64,000 nt of DNA from an uncultured Pelagibacteraceae bacterium (GTDB lineage: Bacteria; Pseudomonadota; Alphaproteobacteria; Pelagibacterales; Pelagibacteraceae), in NCBI GenBank assembly GCA_902629585.1, contig CACORI010000003.1:871-64870 (forward strand), read 5' to 3'. The position numbers were made by a program, and so were the translations under genes. Below, piece by piece: positions 1 to 10,304 of this stretch; position 1 is the first letter of the stretch, and every line of letters begins with the position of its first letter. Below the pieces are notes generated by a model. The model saw only the letters and a list, made by a program, of their open reading frames with translations, made no database searches and was not told where the DNA came from.

Positions 1-1569
1 CCTTCAGAGGTTATAATTAATAAAAAAGATGTTTATGAAAAAACAATTCTGCCCTTATACAAAATTTACCAACAAAAATTGATAGATCTTAATTCTTGTG
101 ACTTTGGAGATCTAATATTACATACTGTAAAAATTCTTGAATTTAATGCTGATATAAGAAAAATTTACTCAAAAAATTTTAAATACATTCTTGTTGACGA
201 ATATCAAGATACAAATTTTATTCAAAGTAAATGGCTTAACTTGCTAGCTGAAAAAAATAAAAATATATGTTGTGTTGGAGACGACGATCAGTCTATTTAT
301 AGTTGGCGTGGTGCCGAGATTAAAAATTTTTTAGAATTTGATAAAATTTACGAAGATACAAAAGTAATTAGACTAGAACAAAATTATAGATCAACTCAAA
401 ATATTTTAAACGTTGCATCAGATCTAATTAAAAATAATAAAAATAGAGTTGGCAAAACATTAAAAACTACAATGGACCATGGAGACTTGGTGCAATTAAA
501 CTGTTTCAAAAATGGAAAAGATGAAGCCATCGGCGTTTCAGATGAAATAGAAAAAAGAATAAAGAAAAAATTTTCTTTTAATAATATTGCAATTTTAGTT
601 AGGGCTATTTTTCAAACAAGAGAATTTGAAGAAAGATTTCTTAAAATTGGGATGCCATATAGAATTTTAGGAGGTACTAAATTTTATGAGAGAGCTGAGA
701 TTAAAGATTGTGTCGCTTACCTAAGATTAATTCAACAAGAAAAAGATGACTTAGCATTTGAAAGAATAGTTAACAATCCAAAAAGATCGATTGGTGAAAG
801 TACAATTAAGAATATTCATGAATTTTCAAAAAAAAATAATTTAAATTTAGAGAGAGCATCAATAAAAATGATTGAAAAAAATTTAATCAAACCAAAAGCA
901 AAAATTGGTCTAAACTTGTTTTTAAATAGTTTAAATAAATGGAGATATGATTTAAAAATTAAAAAATTCACTCATACTAAATTGTTACAAGAGGTATTAG
1001 ATGAGTCTGGATATTCTGCAATGTTAAAAAATAAAAAAGATCTAGAAAATGAAAATAGACTAGAAAATATAAAAGAACTTCTCAGTGCAATGAAGGAATT
1101 TGATAACCTAGAAAGTTTTTTAGAACATGTTTCGTTAGCAACTTCCGTTGATCAAGAATGGGAAGGGGAAAAAATTAACATGATGACAATGCATGCAGCA
1201 AAAGGATTAGAATTTGATGTTGTCTTTCTTCCTGGCTGGGAAGAGGGTTTGTTTCCCCATCAAAAATCTATAGAGGAAAAAGGACAAAATGGTTTAGAGG
1301 AAGAAAGACGTTTAGCATACGTTGGTATTACAAGGGCAAAAAAAAAAGCTATAATATCTTTTTCAATGAATAGGTTTTATCAAGGAGATTGGTTAGATAG
1401 TATGGCATCAAGATTTATTGATGAACTTCCTGAAAAATATTTAGAAAAAAACTCTTTCTTTGAGGAAGAGGCAAATGGTGAGGAAGATTTTGATTTCAAT
1501 CAAGATTTTGAAATAGAAGAGGAAACTAGAAGTCCTGGATGGATACGATACCAAAAACGAATAAAATAA
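1..1569 (+). CDS. uvrD: UvrD/PcrA-family SF1 DNA helicase (5' end outside the window)
   Basis: Frame 1 is open from base 1. SF1 motifs ILVDEYQD, VGDDDQSIYSWRGA, LEQNYRS, TMHAAKGLEF and EERRLAYVGITRA are present. Confidence 0.95.
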   Translation, partial: PSEVIINKKDVYEKTILPLYKIYQQKLIDLNSCDFGDLILHTVKILEFNADIRKIYSKNFKYILVDEYQDTNFIQSKWLNLLAEKNKNICCVGDDDQSIYSWRGAEIKNFLEFDKIYEDTKVIRLEQNYRSTQNILNVASDLIKNNKNRVGKTLKTTMDHGDLVQLNCFKNGKDEAIGVSDEIEKRIKKKFSFNNIAILVRAIFQTREFEERFLKIGMPYRILGGTKFYERAEIKDCVAYLRLIQQEKDDLAFERIVNNPKRSIGESTIKNIHEFSKKNNLNLERASIKMIEKNLIKPKAKIGLNLFLNSLNKWRYDLKIKKFTHTKLLQEVLDESGYSAMLKNKKDLENENRLENIKELLSAMKEFDNLESFLEHVSLATSVDQEWEGEKINMMTMHAAKGLEFDVVFLPGWEEGLFPHQKSIEEKGQNGLEEERRLAYVGITRAKKKAIISFSMNRFYQGDWLDSMASRFIDELPEKYLEKNSFFEEEANGEEDFDFNQDFEIEEETRSPGWIRYQKRIK

Positions 1570-1570
1570 T

Positions 1571-3265
1571 GTGAAAAAAAGATTTAAAATTCTAAGAAAA
1601 AAATTCAAAAAATATAATATCGATGGATATATCATTCCTAAAAATGATGATTATTTTAATGAATACACAAAAATAAATCGATTAAAAATTATATCAAATT
1701 TTAGTGGCTCAGCAGGACTTGCTGTAATTTTAAAAAATAAAAATTACTTATTTACAGATGGCAGATATTCAATCCAAAGTAAAATTGAGTCGGGAAGATA
1801 TTTTAAAATATATGATTTTAGAAAATTAATTAATTGTAAACTTTTTAAAAATTTAACATTAGGAATCGATCCTAAATTATTTACTTATAAGACCATTAAA
1901 AAGACTTTTTTAAAAAATAACAAAATTAAGTTTATAAATGATAATTTAATTGATGAAATCAAAAAACAAAAGATTAATGATAATTTTCCTTTTTTTTCGT
2001 TAAAAAAAGAAATTGTTGGGGAGAGTAGTAAATCAAAAATAAATAAAATTAAAAAATATCTAAAGAAAATTAACGCCGACTATATATTTATTAGTTCACC
2101 AGAAAATGTTGCATGGGTGTTAAATATTAGAGGTGGTGATGGACCTAATGCACCGATACCTAATTCTAGATTATTAATAAGTAAATCAAAAGAAGTATGT
2201 CTAGTGAGCAAGATTACTAAATGTAAAAAATTGATAAAAGAAAAAATTATTACTTTTAATGAATTAATAGATATAGAGGACTTTCCTAAAAAAATTTTAA
2301 GTCTTAAAGGAACTAACTTTGTAATTGATGATGATACATGTTCGATTTTTTTTGAGGATATTATTAGTTCAAGATTTAAAATTATTAAAAGAGAGGATCC
2401 AACTTATCTTTTGAAAGCTATAAAAAATAAAACTGAAATCAGTAATATGAAGAAAGCGCATTTATTAGATGGAGCAGCACTTACAAAATTTATTTTTTGG
2501 ATAAAAAATATTAATCATAAGAAAATCACAGAGTTTGAAGCACAAAATAAGTTAGAAAAATTTAGAAAAATGAATAAAGAATATTTGTACCCAAGTTTTG
2601 AAACTATCGCTGGAACTGGAAAAAATGGGGCAATTATTCATTATCGAGCAAGCAAAAAAAATTCTAGAGTTTTAAGAAAAAATGATATTTTTTTATGTGA
2701 CTCTGGTGGGCAATATAATTATGGTACGACTGATGTAACTCGAACAATTTGTTTTAAGAAAGCAAATCACCATGTTAAAGACATTTTTACAAGAGTTCTA
2801 AAGGGTCATATTTCTGTAGCGAAGACTGATTTAAAAAAGAATAATATTGGAAAAAAAATTGATACGAGAGCTCGAAAATTTCTAAAACAAAAGAATTTAG
2901 ATTACAATCACGGGACTGGCCATGGTGTAGGTTTTTTTCTTAATGTTCATGAAGGTCCTCAATCTATTTCTAAGCTTAATAATGTTAAAATTAGAGAAGG
3001 CATGATTTTGAGTAATGAGCCTGGATATTATAAAAAAAATAAATTTGGTATTAGAATTGAAAACTTAATTTATGTTGAAAAAAAAAAGGAAGGAAATTTT
3101 TTTGAGAATTTGACAATGGTCCCAATCGAAAAAGATTTGATTGATCAAAAGCTATTAACTTCTTCAGAAAAAGAATATTTATTTAAATATCACTTGAATG
3201 TTTACACAAAAATTTCGAAGTATCTAAATAATGATGAAAAGAAATGGTTAGCTTCTTTTATTTAA
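1571..3265 (+). CDS. pepP: Xaa-Pro aminopeptidase (peptidase M24B)
   Basis: Metal-ligand motifs DSGGQY, GTTDVTRT, HGTGHGVG, VHEGP, SNEPGYY and GIRIENL. Confidence 0.92.
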   Translation: MKKRFKILRKKFKKYNIDGYIIPKNDDYFNEYTKINRLKIISNFSGSAGLAVILKNKNYLFTDGRYSIQSKIESGRYFKIYDFRKLINCKLFKNLTLGIDPKLFTYKTIKKTFLKNNKIKFINDNLIDEIKKQKINDNFPFFSLKKEIVGESSKSKINKIKKYLKKINADYIFISSPENVAWVLNIRGGDGPNAPIPNSRLLISKSKEVCLVSKITKCKKLIKEKIITFNELIDIEDFPKKILSLKGTNFVIDDDTCSIFFEDIISSRFKIIKREDPTYLLKAIKNKTEISNMKKAHLLDGAALTKFIFWIKNINHKKITEFEAQNKLEKFRKMNKEYLYPSFETIAGTGKNGAIIHYRASKKNSRVLRKNDIFLCDSGGQYNYGTTDVTRTICFKKANHHVKDIFTRVLKGHISVAKTDLKKNNIGKKIDTRARKFLKQKNLDYNHGTGHGVGFFLNVHEGPQSISKLNNVKIREGMILSNEPGYYKKNKFGIRIENLIYVEKKKEGNFFENLTMVPIEKDLIDQKLLTSSEKEYLFKYHLNVYTKISKYLNNDEKKWLASFI

Positions 3266-5278
3266 CATTTTTAAAAATTGATTTTGATCAATAATTTGAA
3301 TTTCTAATTCTCTAGCGTTTTCGACTTTTCTCTTTGTGGGTTTATCACCTACTATAAGATAATTTAATTTTTTTGAAACACTGCTTACAGTAACACCTGA
3401 ATTTTCCTCAATTAAAGATTTAACTTCTGCTCTACTGATCCCGTTTAATTTTCCAGTGACTAAAAAGGTTTTTTTTTTCAATAAACCATCTGTTTTTTCA
3501 ATTGCTGCATTTTTAATTAAAACTATTTTTCCTAATTCATTTAAAACACTAATATTCGTTTTATTTGAAAAAAAAATTTTTAATGAATTTACTTGAGTTT
3601 CGCCTATACCATCAATATTTAGTAATTCTTTATAATCTTTATTTTTTGATAAATTTTTAAACTGTGAAAAAGATTCAAAATATTTTGATAAAAGTTTAGC
3701 ATTTTCTAGACCGATGTGTCTTATACCAAGTGAAAATATGAATCTCTCTAGAGAGATTTTTTTTTTTTCATCTATAGAATATTTTAAATTTTTTACAGAT
3801 AAATTTCCCCAACCTTCTAATTTTTCAATTTTTTTGTAATCTAATTTAAATATATCTTGAGGAAATTTAATCAAATTTAATTTCCAAAAATTTTCTACTA
3901 TTTTTTTTCCAAATCCATCGATATTAAATGCTTCTTTTGATACAAAATGTTTTAATTTTTCAATAGAAATTTTTTCGCAAAAATATCCTTCACTTGAACA
4001 TCTTCTTACAGCATCTTTTTTTTTAGTTATTAAATTATATTCTTTTATTGTTTTTGACCCACATGATGGACATTTATTTGGAAAAATAAATTTAGAACTA
4101 TCTTTTTGTCTTTTTTTTACATCTACTGATAAAATATGCGGAATAACATCACCAGCTCTTTCAACTGTAACTGTGTCCCCAATTCTTATGTCTTTTCTAT
4201 TTATTTCATCCTCATTATGTAGAGTTGCGTTAGAAACTAATACTCCGCCAATATTTATTGGTTTAATTTTTGCTACTGGGGTTAGTGCACCAGTTCTTCC
4301 AATTTGAATATCAATATCTAAAATTTTTGAAATTGCTTTATCTGATGAAAATTTATGTGCGATTGCCCATCTAGGAGCATTACCAACATAACCCAATCTC
4401 TTTTGTAAAGCAAAATCATTAATCTTGTAAACAATTCCATCAATATCAAAATCTATATCAGCTCTATATTTTTCTACCTCTTCATAATTCTTAATTAAAT
4501 TTTTTACGCCAGTAATTAATTTATTTAATGGATTAGTTTCAAAGCCCCATACTTTTAACCTTTTAAGATACTCAAATTGATTATTAACTTTTAATCCTTT
4601 TTCAAAACCAAACGTATACGCAATAAACCTTAAAGGTATTTTTTTTGTATCTTGAGGATTTTTTTGTCTTAATGACCCAGAAGCTGCATTTCTTGGGTTT
4701 GCAAATTTTTCTTTCAGATTATTAAAATCAGAATTTTTAATAAATACTTCACCTCTAATATCAATTTCCTCCGGAAAATCTTTAAATTTTATATTTTTTG
4801 GAATATTTTTTATTGTCAAAAGATTTGCAGTTATATCCTCTCCCTCTTTACCATCACCTCTAGATAAACCCCTTATTAACTCTCCATTTTTATAATATAG
4901 AGATGCTGAAATGCCATCTATCTTTGGTTCAGCGGTATAAGAAATATCAGAACTCAAATTACGAGATAAAAAATTTGATATTTTTTTTTCAAAATTAAGT
5001 AAATCACTCTCACTAAATGCGTTTGACAAAGATAACATTGGAACTCTATGACGAGCTTTTTTGAAATTTTTTGAGGGCATATACCCAATTGATTGGGTAG
5101 GAGAATTCTTTGAATTAAGAAATTTGTACTTATTTTCTAAATCTAAAATTTTTTTTTTTAAACTGTCATACTCTGCGTCTGAAATTTCAGAAAAATTATT
5201 ATCGTAATATTTCTTATTATAATAGGATAAAGCATTAATTCTTTCCTCGTATTCTTTTTTAATAAGATTTTTTTTCAT
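3248..5278 (-). CDS. ligA: NAD-dependent DNA ligase
   Basis: EPKIDG adenylation motif, RGDG, NPRNAASGSLRQ, Cys4 zinc finger (CPSCG...C...C), HhH repeats and a C-terminal BRCT domain. Confidence 0.98.
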   Translation of the reverse strand: MKKNLIKKEYEERINALSYYNKKYYDNNFSEISDAEYDSLKKKILDLENKYKFLNSKNSPTQSIGYMPSKNFKKARHRVPMLSLSNAFSESDLLNFEKKISNFLSRNLSSDISYTAEPKIDGISASLYYKNGELIRGLSRGDGKEGEDITANLLTIKNIPKNIKFKDFPEEIDIRGEVFIKNSDFNNLKEKFANPRNAASGSLRQKNPQDTKKIPLRFIAYTFGFEKGLKVNNQFEYLKRLKVWGFETNPLNKLITGVKNLIKNYEEVEKYRADIDFDIDGIVYKINDFALQKRLGYVGNAPRWAIAHKFSSDKAISKILDIDIQIGRTGALTPVAKIKPINIGGVLVSNATLHNEDEINRKDIRIGDTVTVERAGDVIPHILSVDVKKRQKDSSKFIFPNKCPSCGSKTIKEYNLITKKKDAVRRCSSEGYFCEKISIEKLKHFVSKEAFNIDGFGKKIVENFWKLNLIKFPQDIFKLDYKKIEKLEGWGNLSVKNLKYSIDEKKKISLERFIFSLGIRHIGLENAKLLSKYFESFSQFKNLSKNKDYKELLNIDGIGETQVNSLKIFFSNKTNISVLNELGKIVLIKNAAIEKTDGLLKKKTFLVTGKLNGISRAEVKSLIEENSGVTVSSVSKKLNYLIVGDKPTKRKVENARELEIQIIDQNQFLKMLNKRS

Positions 5279-5280
5279 GC

Positions 5281-6114
5281 TTAATCAAAAAGATTTTTAA
5301 ATTTTTCAAAAACAGCAGTTTTATCTTTTGTTGGTTTTTTTATTTGAGATGTATAATCTTGATTAAAAACCTTATAAGATTTCTTATACCACTCACTAGA
5401 TAAATAATTATAGCCCAATACATTTGCATATTTTTCAGACTCTTCAATTAAACCTAATCTATAATTAATTTCCACTAATCTATGCAATGCTTCCTCGACA
5501 AAAATAGTTTGATCATAATCTTTAATTATAATTCTGAACCTGTTAATTGCTGCAATCCATTTTTCTTTTTTTATATAATGTCTTCCTAAATACATTTCTT
5601 TTGAAGCTAAAATATCTTCAATTAATCCTAGTTTGAACTTTGCATCAAATGCGAATTCTGTATTAGGATAATTTTTTACAACATAATTAAATTGATCTTT
5701 TGCTTTTAGTAAAGGTCCGGAATCTCTTTTTTCATCCTCAATAGTCTCATAAAAGCACATGGCAATTAAATAATTCGCATATGCTACATTCTTATCAGTT
5801 GGATAGGTTTTTAAAAATCTATTTAGATTAGATAACGCTTCAGAGTAAAAATTTTGAAGGTAGTATGAATAAGATGCCATTAAAGCTGCTTTAGGGGCCC
5901 ATTCTGATTGAGGAAACAAAAGCTCTGCTTCTAAAAATTTTTTAGCAGCGAAATATGGATCATTTTGACCTAAAGCTTCGTAAGCTTCTTTATAAGCAGA
6001 AATCATTTCTAAATCTTGCTTAGTTTCCTTAATGGCAGAAATTTCTATTTCTTCTTTAGAACAAGATATTAAGAAAAACGTAAATATAAAAAATATTATA
6101 ATAATTTTTTTCAT
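5281..6114 (-). CDS. bamD: Outer membrane protein assembly factor BamD (TPR lipoprotein)
   Basis: Lipobox LISC after a hydrophobic stretch; TPR-like segments (YPT..YA.Y, AAINRF, EEALHRLVE); downstream of lpxC. Start moved to the ATG at 6114. Confidence 0.93.
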   Translation of the reverse strand: MKKIIIIFFIFTFFLISCSKEEIEISAIKETKQDLEMISAYKEAYEALGQNDPYFAAKKFLEAELLFPQSEWAPKAALMASYSYYLQNFYSEALSNLNRFLKTYPTDKNVAYANYLIAMCFYETIEDEKRDSGPLLKAKDQFNYVVKNYPNTEFAFDAKFKLGLIEDILASKEMYLGRHYIKKEKWIAAINRFRIIIKDYDQTIFVEEALHRLVEINYRLGLIEESEKYANVLGYNYLSSEWYKKSYKVFNQDYTSQIKKPTKDKTAVFEKFKNLFD

Positions 6115-6151
6115 AAATTTTAAATGAAGCAATTATAAAGGTAAAAAAAAA

Positions 6152-7072
6152 TTATGCTATAGATCTTAATAAAGATCTATTAATAAGTGTGTGGGGCAAA
6201 TTTCTTTCTTGAATTTCAATTACAGAGAAATTTTCCTTATTTTCAAAAACTTTTCTCATTAATTGGTTTGTAAGATAATGACCACCTTGAGAACATTTTA
6301 TACTTGCAATCATTCTATAGCCACAAGTGTATAAATCTCCAATACAATCTAATATCTTATGATTTACGAACTCCTTAGGATTTCGCAATCCATCTTTGTT
6401 AAGAATTTTATCATCTTTCACAACAATAGCATTGTCCAAACTTCCTCCTTTAGCGAAACCTTTCTTTTTAATTTCTTCAATATCTTCGAAAAGACAAAAA
6501 GTTCTTGAATTAAAAATATCATCTAGATTATCTTCATAGACGTTGACCTGATTTTTTTGATTGCCAATAGTTTGGTTTTTGTATTGTAACTCAAAGTTGA
6601 TATCTAAACTCAACTTCGATGGTTCAATTGATATATATCTATTACCTTCTTCAAAATTTATTTTTTTATTTATTTTAACAATTTTTATCGGTTGATTACT
6701 TAACAAAAAACCGGAAGCTAATATTTTTTTTATAAATTCTTTCGCTGATCCGTCTAAGATTGGAACTTCCTCATTATCTATTTCAATCAAAACGTTATCT
6801 ATACCCAATCCAAATAATGCTCCCATTAAATGTTCAATTGTAGAAACTTTCACTCCATGCTCATTAGAAATTGTTGTGTTTAGTGAAGTGTTGCTAACAT
6901 TTATAAAGTTTGGATAAACGATATTATTATTCTTAATATCAACTCTTTTAAAAACTATTCCAGTGTTAGGTTCTGATCTTTTTAAACAAATGTTAACTGT
7001 TTTTCCACTATGCAGCCCCACACCCTTAAATTGAACATTATTTTTAATTGTTTTCTGATTAAGTAAAGACAT
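6152..7072 (-). CDS. lpxC: UDP-3-O-acyl-N-acetylglucosamine deacetylase
   Basis: Motifs QKTI, GVGLHSG, TIEHLM, PILDGSA, HKILD.IGDL and GGH. Start moved to the ATG at 7072. Confidence 0.97.
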   Translation of the reverse strand: MSLLNQKTIKNNVQFKGVGLHSGKTVNICLKRSEPNTGIVFKRVDIKNNNIVYPNFINVSNTSLNTTISNEHGVKVSTIEHLMGALFGLGIDNVLIEIDNEEVPILDGSAKEFIKKILASGFLLSNQPIKIVKINKKINFEEGNRYISIEPSKLSLDINFELQYKNQTIGNQKNQVNVYEDNLDDIFNSRTFCLFEDIEEIKKKGFAKGGSLDNAIVVKDDKILNKDGLRNPKEFVNHKILDCIGDLYTCGYRMIASIKCSQGGHYLTNQLMRKVFENKENFSVIEIQERNLPHTLINRSLLRSIA

Positions 7073-7135
7073 AAGGCCTTTTAATAGTAAGAGGCTTAAA
7101 ACTAAAAACAACAAATGTTACGAGAAAATACAGTT

Positions 7136-7837
7136 TTAATTGAAAAAACCAAAAAATTTCTCAAAAAAACTTACATTTTTCCTAATTTTATTGGAAAAAA
7201 ATATTTCATTATTGTTAAGACCATTAAGAACTCTCCGAGCAATAATTAAATCATTGTTATCATTAAAATCCTCAAACTCATTTATATATTTGAGGCTAAC
7301 GATATTTCTGACTACAATTTCATATTTTGACAAAATTGATTTTAAATCTCTTATGTTATCTTTATTAAGGCAAATAAATTTTATTTCTAAATAAATTTTA
7401 TCAAAATTATTTATATCAGCAAACTGATGATATATTTTTCCGTCTGCTAGAAATCTATTTATTACCATGTGTATTATTTCATAATTTCCAATTGAATTTT
7501 TGAATTGACTTTTTAGCTCAGTTAATAAACTATTCAATCTGTCTTCATTAAATTCATCCTCATCTAAAGAATACTTCATAGAAATACTTACGGAAATAAA
7601 ATTATCTGAGTCAGTGACTAGATTAATTTCTTTTACATATTCATCTAATTTTTTTTCAATATCGAAAAAATATTTTTTTAGAAATTGTTTTAAATAATTT
7701 GAATTTTCATCATTCAAATAATTGCTAATAAAACTTTTTTTTGAGAAATAAATTTTATTATCCTTATCAATTGCCTCAAATTTTATTTTTTTCGAGTCAA
7801 TTAATAAAAAAAAATTACAATTCTCTATTCTATTCAT
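7136..7837 (-). CDS. Truncated/divergent FtsA-like protein (233 aa)
   Basis: Occupies the ftsA slot between ftsQ and lpxC. EIIHMVINRFLADG resembles the FtsA 1C (SHS2) segment, and the C-terminus SFFEKFFGFFN is an amphipathic helix. No intact actin-family phosphate loops are visible. Confidence 0.65.
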   Translation of the reverse strand: MNRIENCNFFLLIDSKKIKFEAIDKDNKIYFSKKSFISNYLNDENSNYLKQFLKKYFFDIEKKLDEYVKEINLVTDSDNFISVSISMKYSLDEDEFNEDRLNSLLTELKSQFKNSIGNYEIIHMVINRFLADGKIYHQFADINNFDKIYLEIKFICLNKDNIRDLKSILSKYEIVVRNIVSLKYINEFEDFNDNNDLIIARRVLNGLNNNEIFFSNKIRKNVSFFEKFFGFFN

Positions 7838-8501
7838 TTAAGATTATTTGATTTTTTTGTCTTAGATCTATTACTTTAATATTTACAAATTTTTCTGAAA
7901 CTAAAATTTTAGATAAATTTTTCAAAGAACTTTCAATTTCTTTCAATGGTAACTTTATTATTAAACCATCTTTAGTTTCAATATCCCATCTTGTAGATTT
8001 AAAATAATACAAGTTTTTAATTTTATCATAGTCAAACTCTGTATTTGTTATTAAATTTTTCAATTTTAAAAAATCATCAATATTAACATCACCAAATATG
8101 AAGGGTATGTCCTCATTTTTGTTATTGGTCATAATCAACTTGCCATTAGAACCTATGAAATAATCTTGAGTACCTTTTTTGGTTACTGCTAGAAACTGAG
8201 TCTTCTTAATAATTATTTTTAAGTCTGAGGGATAATTTTTGAATATAAATAAGTCCTCAATATTATTATTTAAAAATATTTTTTTTGTAATTTTATCTTT
8301 ATCTAAAAACAAAAGATTTTCATCTTTTAAAAAATTAAGACTTTCTCTAAACTCTATTTTTTCTAAATGATTTAATCCTACTATGTCTAAATTCATAATT
8401 TTTAAAAAATTAAATTTGAGAAGATTTATATTATTTGTTGTGACAAGTAAAAATAGAAATGATAAGTAAATTATAACCTTTTTACTTATTTGTTGAGGCA
8501 T
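7830..8501 (-). CDS. ftsQ: Cell division protein FtsQ/DivIB (divergent)
   Basis: N-terminal TM segment; POTRA-like KNYPSDLKI; RWDI; IKLP; C-terminal IDLR; follows ddl. Confidence 0.85.
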   Translation of the reverse strand: MPQQISKKVIIYLSFLFLLVTTNNINLLKFNFLKIMNLDIVGLNHLEKIEFRESLNFLKDENLLFLDKDKITKKIFLNNNIEDLFIFKNYPSDLKIIIKKTQFLAVTKKGTQDYFIGSNGKLIMTNNKNEDIPFIFGDVNIDDFLKLKNLITNTEFDYDKIKNLYYFKSTRWDIETKDGLIIKLPLKEIESSLKNLSKILVSEKFVNIKVIDLRQKNQIILNE

Positions 8502-9396
8502 CTTTTAAAATAATTTTTATTAAATTAATAAAATTAATTCCTTTATACGCAGAAATTTCTGGAACCAAAGAAAGCTTTGTCATTCCAGGTTGAGTATTTA
8601 TCTCAAGCAAATAAAATTTATTTTTATAAAATTTAAAGTCTGATCTACTAACCCCTCTGCAACCAATCAAATTATGAACCTGTAGTGTAATTTTCATCAG
8701 TTCATTATATTTTTTGTTGCTTAAATTAACGGGTATAAGGTGTTCTGTTTGAGCTTTTTCATTATATTTTGCCTCATAATCATAAAATTTTCTTTTTGGT
8801 TTAAGCTCAATTGCTCCAAGTTTCTTTTTACCTAAGATAGCTGCCTGTATTTCTCTTCCAGGAATAAATTCTTCAATTAAAATTTCTCCATAACTTTTTA
8901 GTTTAAGAATTTGTTTATGAAGTTCTTTTTTATTGCAAATAAAAACGTTAACACTAGATCCTTCATTTATTGGTTTGATAACAACAGGAAAATTTAGTTT
9001 TTTTTTAATTAAATAATTCAATTTTTCTTTTGAAAGATTAAAATTATATTTAATATATTTTGGTGTCAAAATTTTGTTCTTTATAAAAATTTTTTTTGAA
9101 ATTTCTTTATCCATTGCTTTGGCAGAAGAGATCACCCCTGAATGAGTGTAAGGTATTTTAAAAGTTTCAAAAATTGATTGTATATAACCATCTTCACCGA
9201 ATTGACCGTGTAAAGCATTAAATATTATTTTGGGTTTAAAAATCTTAATTATACTCTCAAGATTATTATTTGGTTCAGAAATTTGAACTATATATCCATT
9301 TTTTTTAAGTTCTTTTGCAACTTCTTTGCCTGTTTGAATGCTAATTTCTCTTTCTTTTGATAAGCCACCAGAAATTATTAAAATTTTTTTTTTCAA
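8482..9396 (-). CDS. ddl: D-alanine--D-alanine ligase
   Basis: GG.S.EREIS, ALHG..GEDG, KP..EGSS, FYDYEAKY and LEINTQPGMT. Confidence 0.97.
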   Translation of the reverse strand: MKKKILIISGGLSKEREISIQTGKEVAKELKKNGYIVQISEPNNNLESIIKIFKPKIIFNALHGQFGEDGYIQSIFETFKIPYTHSGVISSAKAMDKEISKKIFIKNKILTPKYIKYNFNLSKEKLNYLIKKKLNFPVVIKPINEGSSVNVFICNKKELHKQILKLKSYGEILIEEFIPGREIQAAILGKKKLGAIELKPKRKFYDYEAKYNEKAQTEHLIPVNLSNKKYNELMKITLQVHNLIGCRGVSRSDFKFYKNKFYLLEINTQPGMTKLSLVPEISAYKGINFINLIKIILKDASTNK

Positions 9397-10304
9397 TTTT
9401 CTAATATTTTAATTTCTTTTTCTATACTAATGCCTGTTTTTTTAAAAACACTTTCAGATACAAAATCAATTAGTTTTTTCATATCATTAAAAGATGCGTT
9501 CCCTCTATTAACAAAAAAATTTGCATGTTTATCTGATATACAAGCATCACCAAAGCTTGTATCTGCGGGAACTGAGTCCTTAATCAACTCCCAAACTTTT
9601 TTATCAGTTTGTTTAATAGGATTTTTAAAAGTACTACCACTTGTTTTAATTTTGGATGGTTGGTTTGAATTTTTCTTATTTTTTAAGTTTATCATTGTTT
9701 CTTTTATAAGTTTTGGATCTTTCTTTATTCCTCTAAATGATGCACTTAAGAATATTAAATGTTCAGGTAAATCATTACTTCTATATTCAAAGTTCACCTT
9801 ATTAGCAGGAATAGTTAATATATTTCCAAACTTATCAATTGCTTGAATTGATACTAAGATATTTTTAATTTCTCTTCCAAAACAACCTGCATTCATTTTT
9901 ATTCCTCCACCAACAGAACCAGGAATACATGATAAAAATTCAAAACCACTTAAGCAGTTTTCAAAAGCATATTCAGATAAATTTTTATCCAACACTGCAG
10001 TACCTGATATAATAATGTCTTCTCCTAAAAGAGACAAATTATTAAAGTTTTTACTTAATTTTATTACAACTCCATCATAAATATCATCTGTTATTAAAGT
10101 GTTTGAACCCGCTCCTAAGACGAATATATTTTCTTTATTATCAACAATTTTTAAAAATTTAATTAATTCCTTCAAATTTTCAGCCTTGAAAAAAATTTTT
10201 GCTTTTCCTCCGATATTAAACCAATTTTTTTTCTTTAATTCTTGATTAAATATAACCTTAGTATCAAAATCTTTTAATAAAACTCTTAATTTATCTATGT
10301 TCAT
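9393..10304 (-). CDS. murB: UDP-N-acetylenolpyruvoylglucosamine reductase
   Basis: IGGKA, GAGSN, IPGSVGG..MNAG, GSTFKNP and KHANF. Start moved to the ATGA overlap with the murC stop. Confidence 0.96.
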   Translation of the reverse strand: MNIDKLRVLLKDFDTKVIFNQELKKKNWFNIGGKAKIFFKAENLKELIKFLKIVDNKENIFVLGAGSNTLITDDIYDGVVIKLSKNFNNLSLLGEDIIISGTAVLDKNLSEYAFENCLSGFEFLSCIPGSVGGGIKMNAGCFGREIKNILVSIQAIDKFGNILTIPANKVNFEYRSNDLPEHLIFLSASFRGIKKDPKLIKETMINLKNKKNSNQPSKIKTSGSTFKNPIKQTDKKVWELIKDSVPADTSFGDACISDKHANFFVNRGNASFNDMKKLIDFVSESVFKKTGISIEKEIKILEN

